NCBI GenBank assembly: GCA_003344405.1
Contig: NOWV01000205.1
Coordinates: forward strand, 62,001-126,000
Origin: Trichoplax sp. H2
Lineage: Eukaryota
Direction of reading: 5' to 3'
Length of the DNA: 64,000 nucleotides
Numbering within the stretch: position 1 is the stretch's first letter; each line of letters starts with the position of its first letter. The notes beneath the pieces were generated by a model. It was not told where the DNA came from, searched no databases, and saw nothing but the letters and a program-made list of their open reading frames with translations. The position numbers and the translations under genes are program-made. Below, one piece after another: positions 1 to 18,295 of the stretch.

Positions 1-78
1 TATTTATAGATCTACGAGCATGTCAGGTCATATAAATATTCAATTATTACGTAAAATATTATTAAACAATTATTTTAC

Positions 79-1492
79 CTGATGTTGGTGCAGTAGTTCC
101 TGCTGTTTCAACCATAATAGCAAACTGTTGATTAATAAAATTTGATCAATTACTTGAAAGGATATTATTTCATAGATGACATATTTTGATTTTAATTCAT
201 AGGAAATAAACAAAGGTACAATACAATCTTCCAATTAGTATTATCACAGCCGTTAATCTAAATTAATTGATATGACTTTTGCCATCAATCTCAAAAGAAA
301 AGTATACTATTTTACGGTACTGTATTAATATGAGAATTAAACTTAATTAATTAGAAGAGATTATTCAATATTAGAGAAGTTTCCGTAACAGAGGGGATCC
401 ACAAAGTTATTACTGTATATTTTTTTTAAATCTTAGATTTTATATAGAACTATCGGGGTGTTAATAAATTTTATTTGGAATATCTTATGTAACAGCAAAA
501 TATTAGTTACTGTGATTTAAATAATTGTAAGGGTAACGATTTCGTAGTAATTTTTTACTATGGTTCATTTTCAATCGCTAGTTTTCACTTACTAAGATAT
601 TATCAGAGATATTCCTGAATTACCTCTTATGCTAAATAATTCAAAGAATATTTCGATACTACTAATTGTAGCATACTGATATACAAACTGCTATGATCTT
701 GTCGATAAGAGGATATTATTCATATATGGCAAAAGCATTAAATACTGTAGTATTGCTAAAATTTAGGAATACTGCTTATTATCAATATCCAAATTTTGTT
801 ATCCCACTACTCGTATATACTTCGTATGACTCTAATTTTGAAGATATCGCTTGACAATATCAGACTGATTAATTAAAGTTAATCTTCAATAAGGCTGAAT
901 TTCACAAAAGATTAATCAAAAAGGTCGCTTTCGTTTTAATTTTCATTCACAGTCTGTTGCAATCTATTTTCTTTTTTCAGTGATAAAATATGATTTAATC
1001 TGTAGTAAGAAATTTAGACAAATTAACTTGTCTTAAAGAGGAGGCCTTGTAGAGTAAAATAAACGACACGGAAAAAAATAAGTAATCAGTGATAGCTGAA
1101 AGTACAGATACGAAGAGGGATTGAAGATCAGTCACAGAATTTTCCTTATATATTGCAATATTAAAATTGAAATTAATCGGTATACCTTAAATTCCAGAAT
1201 TGAATTATACATTATAGGAATAGTATAGATAGCATTATCGAGTGAAATGGAATACAAATTAAGTGAGTAAAATTCATTTTTGCCCATCTTTGCAATTAGC
1301 CATTACAAAAATTAATAAGATAACGTAAAATATAGAGAAAGATACAGAAGATATCGAATATAAAAATTACAGCTTTGCTAAATGATGCAGTGTAGTTTCA
1401 TATCAATTATTTCTTAATCTTGTTTTTACTACCTGTATTAAAATAGAGCTGATCAGTAAGAGTGCCAAATAAAATCTCGTCGGACGCTCCAT
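79..1492 (-). CDS. 5' part of a secreted or membrane protein gene, continuing beyond the left edge; exons 1492-1433 and 124-79
   Basis: Minus-strand ATG exon MERPTRFYLALLLISSILIQ ends at CAG|gtagta and joins in phase 0 to caacag|FAIMVETAGTTAPTS+G|gtaaaa. This gives a typical signal peptide followed by an S/T-rich stretch. Confidence 0.6.
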
Positions 1493-4235
1493 CGCAATCT
1501 GGTTCTGGTCATATAATGAAGTAACAGAGAGCAACACGTTTACTTTTATACATATGTGAGATTTTTAATTGAATATAGCATTTTGCCTAACACTACAATA
1601 CAGCATATCTGTTTTTAACGATTAATGTTGTTGTTTATTGTTATTAAAATGTTTTTAAGAGATCAAGCTAATATTACCTAACAATAAAAATTATTAATAC
1701 GTCATTCATTTTAGTTGAAAAATAATGGATTTAATATTTACAAACGAATTCCAAATCTTTAGATCGTTTCTAAACTATAATAGATTTATAATTCTACTTT
1801 TCATATCGGATTTTACTCTCTATACTATTATGGTAGTAAGATTGAATAGTATAACATTGTTCGTAATTAATTGTTATGTTATAGATAAGGTATTCAATTA
1901 TTTACCCAATTACGATAATTGACGAAGCCCGCGATGATGTTACAGAATGTATTATTTATTTTGTGTACCTTGTCTATCTGTACATCCAAGTGTTCAATTT
2001 CACATTATTCAATAATATTTCAACTACTGATTTTACTATCTTTTAACGGTAAGGATAAACATTTCCAAATATATATTGTTTATCATATCTGCATATGACG
2101 ACATTTGCTGATAATGGCATTCATCGTTTTCTCTATTATGAAAATTTGTTAATTGCTTAATCATAATCCGGCAACGCTCAAGATATAAACCAGCTGCAAT
2201 AATGTTGATTCTAAACTAATTGTAAAGTGTTCAACATCAAAGCAGTATTGATTTTATTTATATAACTTTAAATTATTCAAACCATTGATTACTTTTACCT
2301 CATCGATCTCTTCCAATGAGGTCATCAAATGCCATATTGGCTATATTTGCGTGTTCCATTTTATATAATTTGAATCGATTATTTTGAGAATCGGTTTCAA
2401 TAACAATAATTGATATGCATTTATGAATATACATACGTAGCTATCAGTGTTACTAGAATATTCATTTCTATGAATTTAAAGTAATGTAATACATCCTCTT
2501 AAGATAAAATCAGATAAGACGGTTAACTCTAATGCATTACAACCTAAGGTGTAAATTAACTTTATATTCGGCCACTCTTCCAAATAATCTAAACATGTCC
2601 CCCCCCAAAAAAAAAATTTAATGATATAACTAAGGGTATGTTCTTAATTTACCTTATAATTGCATATCTTATCCATAATAGTAATATCATGGAACGCCGT
2701 AGTTATCCTAGTTATTGGTATAAATTAAATGACTCTAGTCACTTCATAAAAATTAATTAAAACTCGAATAAATAATGATGATATTGTCTTAGGTAGACAA
2801 ATGATTCTTAACACGTAAGGCTTGCTTTTAAAATTTACTTCATTTAATTATTGAAATCAGGTAACAAAGATTTCTTTATATTCTCACTAAGAAGGTATTG
2901 TTTAGTAGATAATATTTATATTATGTAAACTGCATGTACAATGTACATCTAAAAGGTATCATTTCAACTGTAAATTATCTAATTGATAATAAATAAGTTA
3001 TAGGTTGCTACCCCTTGATTTTACTTAATTTCATCAAAAGTAAAAATTAAAGATGAGCTTAACTAGTTATGATGTTTCTTTGTTTACTGATATTATGAAG
3101 TACTGCTTATAATTTCTATGATGATCTTAAAGTTAACTTAATTAACACATTGCAATTAGTCCTTTTATCTACAGCCTTCAAGGATATAATCATCAAAATA
3201 ATATTTAATTTCTTTATTTCACTTTATGTACATGTATATCTTAACATAGTTACAGGTACGCGTATCTCCAGATTGCTATCATGGCTGCAAGTTTATTTCA
3301 AGGTAATTTTCTCTTATATTCAAATATTCGTATCTATAACACTTATTTATATATCATAGATATTAGTAGCAGCTGATTTTAATAAAAATATTTCTCAGAA
3401 TCATATTATCGTTGCTGAGCAACGATTTAAATTTAAGAATAAATGTAATAAAGGAAAGCATACTTTCTACGTTATGAGTAGTCTATTTAATCGTATGAAA
3501 TTATAAACAGCAAGAACATATTCTGAACGATAAATATAGATATAACAAAACGCTTATTAGTATCATAATATCATAACAGTTGTAGTTTGCGAAAGTTTAA
3601 AGACTGTCGTTCTAATTATATCAACTCTCCAATAGAAAAGAATCGATTATATCCGACACGCAGTTAAATAACGATATTTAATTTATAGTTTAATCCAATC
3701 GAACAATTCCTAAAGAAAGGCTATGTTATTGTCCTTTAGAAATAAATGTGATTGATGATTACAATCATCCACTGTTTTAATATATTTAATTTATTTATCT
3801 GCGACTGAAAGTCGCAAAAAGATATAATAAAGTTATGTCACGGATATTCTAGGCGAATGAAAGCAAGTTTAGGGAAATAGTGATTTAGTTGTAGCGCTAA
3901 AATAGTATCCCTATAACGTGCAATTCAAAAATGTGTTACAAGAGTAAAGTGCAGAGTTCGTGATATTCATAAATCGATTGAAAGCATAAACCAAATAACG
4001 ATTTACTTATATATACAATACCATAATTTCATCTTAAATTTGATAGAGCTTTACAGTAACTATAATCACAGTCGTTATCTTATATAGAGAGCACATATAG
4101 CGGCCAGTATTAATTCTAGAACGATGTATACGATCCAAATGTTGCAAATAGCATAATGAAGAGACGAGAGACAGTCGCTACTGCCGTTCTTGTTTATCAA
4201 TCTAACTAACAGAGCCGATGTACCTAGGTATTTAG

Positions 4236-8596
<4,361 letters not shown>

Positions 8597-9288
8597 GGTG
8601 GAAAGTTAACTAATCGTAGTAGCACGGCATAACCAGCGATGACAAAATCAACTTACTGCAGTACACCGTGTATAATAGTCTATGGATTGGTATTGGCTAA
8701 AACTGTTGTAATCTTCTAAATGGTTGTCAATCAAAGGTTCATTTCCTTTCCTAGTCAACACTGGATGTAGAAGCACGCTTTGAACCTATCTAGAATTTGA
8801 TGTACAAGTCATCTTTGATTCTGCTTAACGATCCTGGATAAATTCATTGCCCAAACTAGGCGGTTGCAGGCTTCAGATTTGAAAGGAATAGACTACAGGG
8901 ATTCCCTTTTATACCTTACAGTCGCTACAATGAATTGAGCGTAGTCTGGACTCGATGGTAGTGTTTAATATTCACGCAATGGGTCGATATAGCATGGAAG
9001 TTGTTGCGCAGTATGGTATGATACAATGGAGAGAATGGGGGTAGCAATCAAGCTTGTTTCCAAATTTGTCAGTTAAGAGCTCGGATTTGTGCTTGCAAAG
9101 ACAAGCAGGAAATACTCAGCAAGATATCTTATAGCATCTTATTCATTATAAATCCTGGTTGTATGCAGTAAGGACAATTTGTTATTGAGTAGTTCCTAAG
9201 GAAAGCCAAGCTTCTATTTATATATATGTTACAGCCAAGCCTATGTTATATCATTATGTTATAGAAGTACTATGAAGTATTCCAGCTC

Positions 9289-9377
9289 ATGTTGCTATAG
9301 AAAAGGACGACAATAAAGGTAACGTTACGGCCTGATCTCACTTCTGCCTTTATTGTCGTCCTTTTCTATAGCAACAT
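9289..9377. repeat. Perfect 31-bp inverted repeat with a 27-nt spacer
   Basis: atgttgctatagaaaaggacgacaataaagg (9289-9319) is the exact reverse complement of 9347-9377. Confidence 0.95.
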
Positions 9378-10001
9378 AAGAGATACGAGAAAATCGCACA
9401 TTTGGACGGCTAGAATTTGCTAGTCTAATCATCTTGCCGTATTCCCCCCCCCCCCCAAAAAAAAAAATAATAATATATCACTTTAAAGCCAAAAGCAGTG
9501 TATAATAAATTATTAACTTATTGCAAATAAAGAAGGTAAATCATTCATGATGTCTATTAATCATTCTTGATTCATTACCGTAGTTAGTATTCAATGAGAA
9601 TAATTCTTAATGAATCCATTTATTTGATTCAATAAGGAATAATATATATATACAACGACCAGCATGCATACGAACTGGCATGAAATCATTTCTACTCTAG
9701 AACCCGATGACATGCACCCTAGGAACAGCAACATGAAGCAATGTTTTGCCAACTACCTTAACAATTGATTATAATGCAGTATATCATTCTATACCGATAG
9801 AAATGTAAACAAGAATATTGAATATACTACTATCCATTCTATATGCAACTAGGCCATGTTTTAATATCTATCTATATTATGTGGGAATTGCAGTGATGAA
9901 TTCATTTCGCAATAGAGACCGATAGAATCATTTGCTGCAAGATTGCTTCATCAGCAATACCTTCCCTAGGTAGTGACGATCAAATCTATTTATAGCCCAT
10001 T

Positions 10002-10420
10002 ACATCGCCATCGACATTTTTTAGTGTGCTGTGCTGTGCACTCTAGAATATCGAATTGAACAGTTGTACAGAACGTCAAGTTCAACTCTTGTCAGGACTA
10101 CTGAGAGACGGACTCTCTCTCTCTCTCTCTCAGTAGTCCCTGCCATAGTCCATTGTAGTTCACTTCTAGCACTGGACAGCGTGATCTTTTTCCTTTCCAA
10201 TTCTTGAATTTGATGTTCAATTCTTGAGTATTAACCAATGTAACATAATATATCCATCAATCGACAGCGCCATCGACATTAGTGTAGTGTGCTGTACGTG
10301 CAGTACTGTCTCTCTCTCTCTCTCTCTCAGTAGTCCCTGCTATATACAGCGTGATCTTTTTCCTTTCCAATTCCTGAGTATTAACCAATGTAACATAATT
10401 TATACATCAATCGACAGCAC
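10002..10420. repeat. Diverged tandem duplication (about 2 copies) containing (CT)n; copy 1 has a 14-bp inverted repeat
   Basis: The blocks cgccatcgacatt, ctctcagtagtccctgc, acagcgtgatctttttcctttccaattc and gagtattaaccaatgtaacataat each occur twice. ggactactgagaga (10095-10108) pairs with 10126-10139. Confidence 0.85.
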
Positions 10421-12001
10421 ATTAGTGGAGAGCTTACTGTTTCCAATAATAAAAAATTGACCGGATTTCGTAAAAAGTGCTCGCATAGAATACTGTACAG
10501 TACAATATCTGCTGATTCATCGGATTGGAAAAGGATCATACAGTGCAGTACAGAAGCACAATATCACGATATTGGACAGTGCTGTACGTATCGGATTCAT
10601 TTCCATTGACAACGAAATGACTTTGGACAAAATGTATCGGGTGGAAATTCAGATGCAAAAATTAGAATCCATTTTTATCGATACAGTAACCTAAATCGTT
10701 CTTATTCATACGTCTACGGTCAATTTGATGATTCAATAGAACAGATTGAAACGACAACAATTTACAGTACACGCGTATTTGCTTCAATGGCATCAGCCAT
10801 ATTGACAGGATTGCTACTGCGGATATTGTCAAACGACACTTCAAAGATAGATCAAGAGATGATTGTACGAGTAGCACAGTACTCCAATGATTTTATTAAT
10901 TATCAATTACAGATAGAAGTGCTATCACTGTCATATACAATGTTGATTATAATAGAACACAGATATAAATAAAGGTAGATTTGTAAGTCATTCTAGGAGC
11001 ATTACAGTTAGAGTGAAATTGAAATTGCATTTCAGAGCAACTGATAGGGAACCAATACGTCGATCATTGATAGTTAACTGTTAAAAGAAAATGCTATATC
11101 TTACTGCAGATTCTCATACCGGACATTGTATCGCCTCATTATGATACAAATATTTTGCCAAAACAATTTTAGCATGGAAGTACAATAATCCTAATCGAGA
11201 AACGCTACTCCAAAACTATCATACTTTCAGTCATAATTCATGGATGAATAGCTAAAACGTCTCTTCATATGTACAAAAGTGCATCAATAAAGCCTGCGGT
11301 AAATACTACTGTTTTATATACGACTTGCAGAAGTTGAGATAGACAAAATGAATACTGTAAAAGCGATTGGGATCATTTCTCCACTATTTCAACACATCCA
11401 ATTGCCAAACGAAACAAAATCCCTTCTGATGTTGAAATAGTAGAAAGATACCAGTCCACGGTGTTCCAACAATAAATTCTAATAGCATAATCAAACACCT
11501 CTTAGTTGTATTTGATCTATTCTGATTACAGTAAACAAGCTTTTAGCTGCATCTATTAAATAACCAATTACATAGCATTTTTAGAATCTCGAAGACGATA
11601 ATGTAATGTAATAAACTTAACGCTACTTTACATTAAATAATGATAATCAATTAATAAAGTCTCTGCTATAATTCATCTAATCCTTCCCAAACAATCAATC
11701 AGTGTAAAATATAATTATATGGTGGTAACCTTTTCCAACAATATATATATATACACGTACATATAGATAGATATATATATACATGTTATCGACATCATTT
11801 GGCATATAGAGCATTATAATTAAACAATAAAAGCTGTTATATGTTCCTGAGTAAAGATGATAGGACCTCGTCAAACGAGCATTTGTATACAATACTAAGG
11901 AAAAGTAATTCAATGCAAAATCATATGATGTAATTCGGCGCTGATATAAGGATAGGATGTCATCAATTACTCTTGTGCATACGTAGATATAGTTGCAGCT
12001 A

Positions 12002-15000
12002 TTAAGAACCAGACTCGTTACGATCTCGAAAAAATCCTTTATCAGTATAGCATTCTCTAACTGTAACGGTAACCATATTAGCGGTTACATCAGTAACACA
12101 AACTTTATCTAAAGTGGAGTTTTCGTTCCAGTAGCTTCCACTATCACCATAACTGCTGACAGAGTTAGCAGGTCTATAACCGCTCGATCCAACAGAATCA
12201 AGAGATGCTTCGCTTTTACCACCAATATCGCTATTAACGCTGGTATCGTCGACAGTCTCCTCCGCTAATTCCAGCAATTCTCTTTCGTCATGATGATGAC
12301 TGTCTGATTTGTTTATTGAATGACTGCAACCAACTTTAGCAAGGTTATTACTTGTAGGATTATTACCCAATGATTCATGTATGAGATCATGACGACTTAC
12401 CTATTCAGAAAGTGAAAATCGATTATCCATCTTCTATCTATGACTACCATCATGAAATAATTAGACAATTCTAAACTCAGTCGATTACTATCCCATTAAG
12501 CCGTGCTATTCAAATCCCTATAGTCTATATTAGACTTTCATTTTTAAAAGTGAGTCCTTCTACAACAATGTTCTTAAAATTCTAACACCAATGTTATGTC
12601 ATGCAATAACATTGTTCAATAGAAAAGAATTTGTAAATATTACATTTCTGGGCAAGAACGAAACAATCGGCGATTTACAACCGATCTTAAGAGTATGCAA
12701 AGCAACGTTGTCGATACGACTATAATTACTCACATTGGTTAACGTAACTTCAAGATTAATGATATATCGCCCAAATATACGTATACGGTGAACTATAAAT
12801 ACTTTGTGCATCAGTCTTAGATATGATGTATTCTTACATTCGTGCTAAATGAACTAATACTAAGGGATGATATGCAGGCACAACTAATTTTATCGATAGC
12901 AGGTACAATGCATTTATGGAGAAATCTAAGTAAAAATAGGTGCAGATACCGACTTACCGATCTCGATTTCAATTTTTTATGTTTCTCCGAAGTCATTTTT
13001 CTCATATTAGGATTAATTTTCAATTTTTGCCTGAAAGTTTTGTTACAAATTGTAGACTTTATTTTTGGTCAATAAAATGTTCAAATACGATCACTACTTG
13101 AATAGACATAATTTTATATTTTCATTAGAAAATCACGATCAAAATGATTATAAGTTACAACTAACGTCGATCAATTGAAAACTGTTAACTGCATAGACAA
13201 TTTTAACAAAAGTAAGGTATAAGAAAAGTTCCATTTCGTTCTGTGCTGATTATCTTATAAATGATTTCTCATATGTACTTTGCGGCAAATTAAGCTGTTA
13301 TCACAAGAGGAAACCGTCGATATCAACAAAGTAGCATAGCGGATACTCGCTAATCGAAAAAATTTGAACAAAAGAAAGGAATAAGTAAAGTTCAATTTCG
13401 CTCTGTGCTGATTATCATATAAACGATTTCTCAGAAGTACTTTGCTGCAAATTAAGCTGTTATCACAAGAGGAAACAGTCGATATCAACAAAGTAGCATA
13501 GCGGATACTCGCTAATTGAAAAAATTAAAAAATTTTAAATTCTTAATCATTAATGCGTAATTATGGTTACCTAAAAACAACTGTAAACAAATCACATATA
13601 GAATGCGCAATCAACTATTGTGCTTTCTAGATGGTTAGCAATTCTCAACCTAATTTAGTTTTTACAACTATGTTAACTGCAAAAGTAAATACTAACCCAT
13701 GGGTAGTTTGTTTGTATTGATTAAGTTCAATTAACATTCCTATATTACCATATTATTATAAAGAAGCACAATATAGAAGTATACTAATACGTAACTTTTA
13801 AGGGAATAGTATGCTACGCCTCTAATCGTCCACGTATTACCACTGGCATTTACAAACATGCTGGTATGCTACTCTGTAGTTTGAATAGCTTGCGAATACC
13901 TACGCTATGACAATCGGATCACTTTGCACAGCGTGATGTGAGGCCAGTGAGGGTATAGTGTAGCTAATATTTACGCGTATATAAATAAATAAGTACGATA
14001 TAACATACAATATACTAAACAGATTAGTAAGATTGGACTCCTATTTTGATATTTACTGACGAACTACGAGATAAACTGTATTGTAATACTAATCAAGCTG
14101 TGACCTACAGTACTACTCTAGAAAAGGTCTTTGAGGAGATTGCAATAGAATTGGAATCTTATTCTATGCCATTAAAAATAGTGCTTATCATATAATGCAT
14201 TCAATAAGTCGTCATCGTCATTATAACCATAGCAGCACTTACAGTTTCCTTTCAAAACTTTCCAGTAATCTCTTGTCCAAAATATTCCACTCCGGTTCCC
14301 AAGTATTATGTCTTAAAAAGATTAAACATAGATTGAAATCACTACATCTGAAAGTCGGACAAATTATTTATCTAATGCACGTATATGTATTAGCGTTGCA
14401 CTAGATTCGATTTAATAGCCATCAACACGACCATGTGTCGAGTAAGCTTTAATCCTAAAATTGCGATTACTAGCTTCTACCTTCAAGCAGCGAAGTATTG
14501 CTATCATTTACAGTACAGTCAATTGTAAGCATCGTGTACAGGATAGAATCTAGACCAGAATTTTTTCCTGCTATATTCGCCGCGCTACACTAGTTGACAT
14601 ATACAGTACTTGTCATTGCTAATAATCGATATAATAGACCTAGCTCAAACAGACTTGAAGAATGAAAGAGAAGTACTGTATTTCATCACATTCTGTGCTT
14701 AAGTGGTGATTAATCAATCAACTCGCATGATTCAACAGCGTTCAACTATTATCATACGATAAAAGAAATCAATATTGAAAATCATCAGCACCAATGCAAG
14801 AGTAATAGCAAAAACATTAGCCTCCTGCATAAAAAACTATACTGCAAACAAATGATGTAATATTCCTTTGAGAAAATTAAGTTCTAAATCATAAATAAAA
14901 ATCCGAAAATAGACTTACTTTGGTGACCAACCTTTCCATTTTACTAAATACTCTATGATACCCTGGAAAATAATTGAAAGAACACAAGTCAATACATTGC

Positions 15001-17680
15001 AAACAGGTATTTTAGAATGATATCTGCATAAAAAGCGTAATAGATAACAATTAATGCCAGTCATAACTAGAGGTGTTAATTAGCCAGTAATACTATATAA
15101 TATTGCCAATCCCTCCTTATCGACTTTGACAGCCCTAATATTATTATGGCTTATTTAATCCAATATCCGATAAATTGACTAGCCTTAGTTGTCTACACGG
15201 CAACCACGACGTAATAGAAGGACAGAAGAAAAAGATAATGCATTTTTTTTAACTTTTCTAAGACTTCATTGTGCCGTCATAAAAGCCTTTCGAGTAACCA
15301 TTGATGATTTCATAAATATCAAAAGATAAAATCGCTGAATAGAAATAATGAGCGAAACCTCTCCTTCGCCAGTTTGGCTGATGGTTTATTAATTAATTAT
15401 CAGTATTACTTTATCATTAACGGATTGTTAACGTTAAAATTCATACGTATATGTGAGAAACCATCGATGCAAACTACAATCAAGAAGTTGTATTCTAAAT
15501 AATGTAAAAAAAACTACTAATTGAAAAACTAACACAGATAACTAAGTCTGACACCCTGGAATAAATTAATAAACTAACAATTGGCATCAAGATGTACTGG
15601 AGATGCAAAAACATGGAGAGAGATTGCATTTAGTTTAGACTATGATAATAAAATTTGAAAGCGTATCATTCTATAGTCATACCGTACAACTGATATTACT
15701 ATGTAATAATACAGTACATCATGAAGCCACTTTAAATAATAATCCATCTATTTAATCAGTAACTATTGAGTAATGGCAATATCAATTTCGACTCGATTTC
15801 AATTTCTCAATCTTTGTGGTAATCATGCATAATGAATTACCCTCAAGTAATTAGCGATAGGACGTATGGTGCCGGTAACATGGAAAACTATGCTGCACAG
15901 GATACAAAAGAATTTCTAACGTAGGCAAGGGAATTAGTTCCATCGTAAAATAATTAGCGCTATCCCTCATCAGCAATTTATTCCATCGCAAATGCATTAG
16001 TCTTTCAATACTATGGTTCCATGTCTATTTAATGTGATTAATGTCAATAAAGGCTGATTACAGTATACAGTGGTAGATGTTGGAGTGTTTTAGCAGCAAG
16101 CTAATAAGCCATTGAAAGAAAATGTGATGTATCTGAGGATATCGCCAAGAGAAGCGCTTAAAACTTGTAGTCAATGTGATCCAGATTGCAGGATAGCCGA
16201 ATAATGTAAACATTTTCACAGTTCATAATAATCACAGGAAATAAATTGAAACAGAGAACAGCCCCATTTTATCCTACTTTATTACTTTTGTCTTTACTTG
16301 ATGGGGTTAGTTACTAGTTTCTACTAGTTGATAAGGGTATAGTTGTTCTATTGGTAAATAACTCAAGGCCATTTTTTGCAATCCTGTCTAACAATGTTTA
16401 TCTTAAGGCGATCAACAGCACCATCCATAAGCCGTGCTAATTGAAAAACAGTCTCTACGACGAGCACCAAACGAGCGGCTAGTAGAACGTACAAGGCGAA
16501 CAATCGGAAAAAAAAATACATATTGCTTTCACATCATCACTGATTTGATTTGTTGTTCACGTGGTGGTCATTGCGTATCATGAGATTTGATAGTTTGGAT
16601 CATGATCCACATTTTTAGGCATTAAGCAATTCATAAAAGTGTCAAGGTCTACACATTGATACAAAAGTTGAGTGATTAACAGGGTGCTAGCTGGCACGCA
16701 TTGTGCGCGAAATTGATCCGGTGCTAGCAGTCAAGTTGTGACCTCAATTCATCACTTCTCATGATGCCTTATCCATCCATACCTTACTGATGCTATTGGT
16801 AACTATTGCTAAATGTATTAGCCTAACTTGAAACTTATCGACAACATCGCTACCACTGCAAACGAGAGGCAGTATTTGCACGTTTTAGAGTAGAAACGGC
16901 GTGATCTGGCGCCTGAATTTCGCAGCCCGTTTCCAATTTGGAATCACCCATTGATCGTTTCTCGTTGTCGATCTTGTCATGACGAAATGATAGATAACCA
17001 TGTCTTAAACAATGTCCATACAAGAGCTGAATATCATACAATAGCGAATGAATACTATCTAATAGTAAGAGAAAGAGGGCGAGTGAAAAAAAATTATTGA
17101 TAACAAAACACTATACTGTTACGACGTTAGGATTAAGCAACGGCGGGAGATTGCAGTTGAGATGATTAGGGGAAGGGGGGGGNNNNNNNNNNNNNNNNNN
17201 NNGGGGGGGGGGAAAATATTTTTATTTTTTCTGCCCTCTCATCAAACCATATCCATTGACATTTGAATTATTAGTGATGGCACTCCTCATTTAGCAACAC
17301 CCTTCTTCAAACATTAATTCTGGTTTGATACAAGAAATGGAAGTTTAACTTTTTTCGTCTATGGTGAGATCCTTTTACTGACCATCCAGCGATAATCGTA
17401 TGATATTTATTAGCAGTAATCTTGTACTGTATTCCTGTACTACGTAGTCAAGTTGACCAATGAATGAATCAACGTTGTATTGACTATCATCCAGTTTCAA
17501 ACTACAAGCATGAGGCAAGAAGTCTCCATCCACTTCCAACTACAATCGATAGCATGCCATTTTTCTAGCAGGAGTTACACCATCCAATTGAATGCTCACC
17601 TTTCGAGTTCGTCGTTTTAAGATCTGTTCCGCTTCATAGACATCATCTTCTAATTGTTGACTCACTGTCGAATTATCCAT
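12002..17680 (-). CDS. CBX: Polycomb-class chromobox protein (CBX2/4/6/7/8-like); exons 17680-17600, 14962-14919, 14311-14243, 13030-12958, 12400-12002
   Basis: N-terminal chromodomain VYEAEQILKRRTRKGIIEYLVKWKGWSPKHNTWEPEWNILDKRLL and C-terminal Pc box VCVTDVTANMVTVTVREC..DKGFF. Exon phases are consistent. Confidence 0.93.
13205..13523. repeat. Tandem duplication of a ~162-bp unit in a CBX intron
   Basis: gcaaattaagctgttatcacaagaggaaac.gtcgatatcaacaaagtagcatagcggatactcgctaat occurs twice, ~162 bp apart. Confidence 0.9.
17183..17202. other. Assembly gap (20 N) inside a poly-G tract in CBX intron 1
   Basis: N run flanked by G homopolymers. Confidence 0.99.
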
Positions 17681-18295
17681 GATCAACTTGTCGGCCTGCG
17701 TACAGTAGTATAGCGGATATTAAAACTCTCAACCAATTGGATCAATCAATCAATTGAATTATCAGACATGGAAAGCAACATAACTGCCTGCTACAGTACC
17801 ATGACTCACTTGGAAGGTTACACATTCATTCTTTCTCACGATCAAAATTAGCCAAACTTGCCAATAAGGAGAATCGATTTTTCGGTGGTACTGATTTCCT
17901 CAAGACTTTCCTCAATAATAACATCCAACAACACAAACTGACTGAAAGTAGACTTCGTGACTGAATAAAGTACGCTAGGGTACGATGGGCATGTCGGTCA
18001 GTCGGGACTGGACCATACGCCTGCAACCAACTCTGCCCTACTGGAAAAATTTCAGTCCCCTTTTAACTCGTACTGGTGTGTGCGGACTATCAAGTCACTG
18101 TGTTACAGTGGCGATTTTTCTCCATCATGGACAGGATGCAGTACTAGTACTGTAACAGGGGATTAAGTCACAATAAAAGAGGCAAAACGTAGACACAGTA
18201 TAAAACCGCTCCATTCCCTATTTTTTTATTTATTTATTTATTTATTTGCAGAATTTTATGCTTGCCCTTCTTTCATAATTAATTAATGACAGATT

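Noticed and set aside
2299..2359. Minus-strand ATG frame ending near a gtaaaag donor upstream of the left-edge gene
   Set aside because: The frame stops just before the donor. At most it is a UTR exon, and nothing else supports it.
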